A DNA stretch of 64,000 nucleotides from Eledone cirrhosa. Its lineage: Eukaryota. Each line of letters opens with the position of its first letter. The stretch's first letter is position 1. The DNA is taken from assembly GCA_964016885.1 (NCBI GenBank), contig OZ024754.1, positions 20,708,001-20,772,000 on the forward strand, read 5' to 3'. The position numbers and the translations under genes are program-made. Below the pieces are notes generated by a model that worked only from the letters and a program-made list of their open reading frames with translations, did no database searches and was not told the DNA's origin. Of this stretch, positions 62,001 through 64,000 are shown one piece after another.

Positions 62001-63143
62001 TATTAACATAGGGACTCCCTCCCATATTAGCCTTGGTATTAACATAGACTACCTCCCTTATTACCCTGGGTCTTAACATAGACTACCTACCATATTAGAC
62101 TTGGTATTAACATAGACTCCCTCCCATATTACCCTTGGTATTAACACAGACTCCATCCCATATTACCCTTGGTATTAACATAGGGACTCCCTCCCATATT
62201 ACCCTTGGTATTAACATAGAGACTCCCCCCCACATTACCCTTGGTATTAATATAGAGACTCCCTCCCATATTAACCTTGGTGTTAACATAGACTCCCTCC
62301 CATATTACCCTTGGTATTAACATAGGGACTCCCTCCCATATTAGACTTGGTATTAACATAGACTCCCTCCCATATTACCCTTGGTATTAACATAGACTCC
62401 CTCCCATATTACCCTTGGTATTAACATAGACTCCTCCCATATTACCCTTGGTATTAACATAGACTCCCTCCCATATTAGCCTTGGTATTAATATAGAGAC
62501 TCCGACCCCCATATTACCCTTTCTATAAACTTAGACTCGCTCCCATATTACCCTTGGTATTAACATAAACTCCCTCCCATATTACCCTTGTTATTAACAT
62601 AGACTACCTCCCATATTACCCTGGGTCTTAACTTAGACTCCCTCCCATATTAGACTTGGTATTAACATAGACTCCCTGCCATATTACCCTTTGTATTTAC
62701 ATAGACTCCCTCCCATATTACCCTTGGTATTAACATAGACTCCCTCCCATATTACCCTTGGTATTAACATAGAGACTCCCCCCCATATAACCCTTGGTAT
62801 TAATATAGAGACTCCCCCCCATATTACCCTTGGTATTAATATAGAGACTCCCTCCCATATTAACCTTGGTGTTAACATAGACTCCCTCCCATATTACCCT
62901 TGGTATTAACATAGGGACTCCCTCCCATATTACCCTTGGTATTAACATAGAGACCGCCCCCCCCCATATTAACCTTGGTATTAACATAGACTCCCTCCCA
63001 TATTACCCTTGGTATTAACATAGACTCCATCCCATATTACCCTTGGTATTAACATAGACTCCCTCACATATTACAATTGGTGTTAACATAGACTCCCTCC
63101 CATATTACCGTTGGTATTAACACAGGGACTCTCTCCCATATTA
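59095..63143. repeat. Near-perfect tandem duplication, period 2020 bp
   Basis: The private variant TTCTATAAACTTAGACTCGC is at 60501 and 62521, and CCTGGCTCTT at about 59176/61196. ORF pairs 59218/61238, 60087/62107 and 60664/62684. Confidence 0.94.
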
Positions 63144-64000
63144 GCCTTGGTATTAACATAGGGACTCCCTCCCATATTACCCTTGGTATTAACATAGAGA
63201 CTCTACCCCATATTACCCTTGGTATTAATATAGAGACTCCGCCCCCCATATTACCCTTGGTATTAACATAGACTCGCTCCCATATTACCCTCGGTATTGA
63301 CATAGACTCCCTCCCATATTACCCTTGGTATTAACATAGACTACCTCCCATATTACCCTGGGTCTTAACATAGACTCCCTCCCATATTATACTTGGTATT
63401 AACATAGACTCCCTGCCATATTACCCTTTGTATTAACATAGACTCCCTCCCATATTACCCTTGGTATTAACATAGGGACTCCCTCCCATATTAGCCTTGG
63501 TATTAACATAGGGACTCCCTCCCATATTAGCCTTGGTATTAACATAGACTACCTCCCTTATTACCCTGGGTCTTAACATAGACTCCCTCCCATATTAGAC
63601 TTGGTATTAACATAGACTCCCTCCCAGATTACCCTTGGTATTAATATAGACTCCTTCCCATATTACCCTTGGTATTAACATAGGGACTCCCTCCCATATT
63701 ACCCTTGGGATTAACATAGAGACTCCCCCCCATATTACCCTTGGTATTAATATAGAGACTCCCTCCCATATTAACCTTGGTGTTAACATAGACTCCCTCC
63801 CATATTACCCTTGGTATTAACATAGACTCCTCCCATATTACCCTTGGTATTAACATAGACTCCCTCCCATATTAGCCTTGGTATTAATATAGAGACTCCG
63901 CCCCCAATATTACCCTTGGTATTAACATAGACTCGTCCCATATTACCCTCGGTATTAACATAGACTCCCTACCATATTACCCTTGGTATTAACATAGGGA

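Larger units (their letters stand above)
1..64000. repeat. Tandem satellite array with 34-bp consensus monomer AACATAGACTCCCTCCCATATTACCCTTGGTATT and 36-bp variants; runs off both window ends
   Basis: The motifs CATATTACCCTTGGTATTAACATAGACTCCCTCC recur head-to-tail every 32-41 bp from base 1 to 64000 in the same orientation. I saw no non-repeat interval. About 1,850 units estimated from length. Confidence 0.99.

Noticed and set aside
410-63856. About 100 short ORFs, nearly all on the minus strand (MLIPRVIWEGV / YVNTKGNMGGSL repeats)
   Set aside because: They are the translation of the repeat. Two minus frames are open and the third has stops; 36-bp units keep frame while 34-bp units shift it, so ORF length only reflects runs of 36- and 33-bp units. 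The longest is 119 aa, overlapping frames are equally open, and there is no sign of frame-preserving selection.
1-64000. CRISPR array (repeat length 34-36 bp is in the CRISPR range)
   Set aside because: Units abut directly with no unique spacers, there is no leader and there are no cas genes.
1-64000. Antigenic-variation cassette library, diversity-generating retroelement or programmed-frameshift gene
   Set aside because: There is no expression locus, reverse transcriptase or recombinase, and no adenine-specific mutation pattern. Variants are inherited in duplicated blocks, as expected for neutral satellite evolution.
1-64000. Canonical telomerase-made telomere tract
   Set aside because: No TTAGGG or TTAGG-type runs are present. 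The unit is 34-36 bp and carries heritable kb-scale variant patterns that a single RNA template would not produce. Only a telomere-associated role is retained as a hypothesis.
1-64000. Rolling-circle or sequencing concatemer artefact
   Set aside because: Variants are multi-site, ordered and hierarchically shared between distant blocks, which random error on one template would not generate. Individual duplications still need read support.
1-64000. Shine-Dalgarno-like GGGAGG and TAATAT -10-like motifs on the minus strand
   Set aside because: They occur once per monomer as part of the repeat with no credible downstream gene, so they are chance resemblances.
1-64000. A single fixed-period higher-order repeat
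   Set aside because: Duplication periods differ along the array (455 to about 5300 bp) and each period repeats only twice.

Overview
The whole 64 kb window is one uninterrupted, single-orientation satellite DNA array. I found no gene, RNA gene, transposon, CRISPR spacer or unique sequence. The base monomer is 34 bp (+ strand AACATAGACTCCCTCCCATATTACCCTTGGTATT; 41% GC, 11 C vs 3 G, no CpG). It is mixed with 36-bp variants (AACATAGGGACT.., AACATAGAGACT..) and rarer 32, 33, 35 and 37-41 bp units. Window length divided by a mean unit of about 34.5 bp gives roughly 1,850 monomers. All ORFs in the track are by-products of translating the repeat. The informative structure lies in the monomer variants: (i) multi-site variants occur in a conserved order, consistent with a scrambled older higher-order repeat; (ii) recent, nested tandem duplications have periods of 72, 455, 1812, about 1950, 2020, 3714, about 3990 and about 4440 bp; (iii) diagnostic variants turn over at around 41-46 kb; (iv) the minus strand carries three GGG tracts per monomer, so G-quadruplex or telomere-like behaviour is possible. 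I do not recognise the satellite family or the organism; a eukaryotic origin is inferred from array size only. Coordinates were read by eye and boundaries are accurate to about one monomer.
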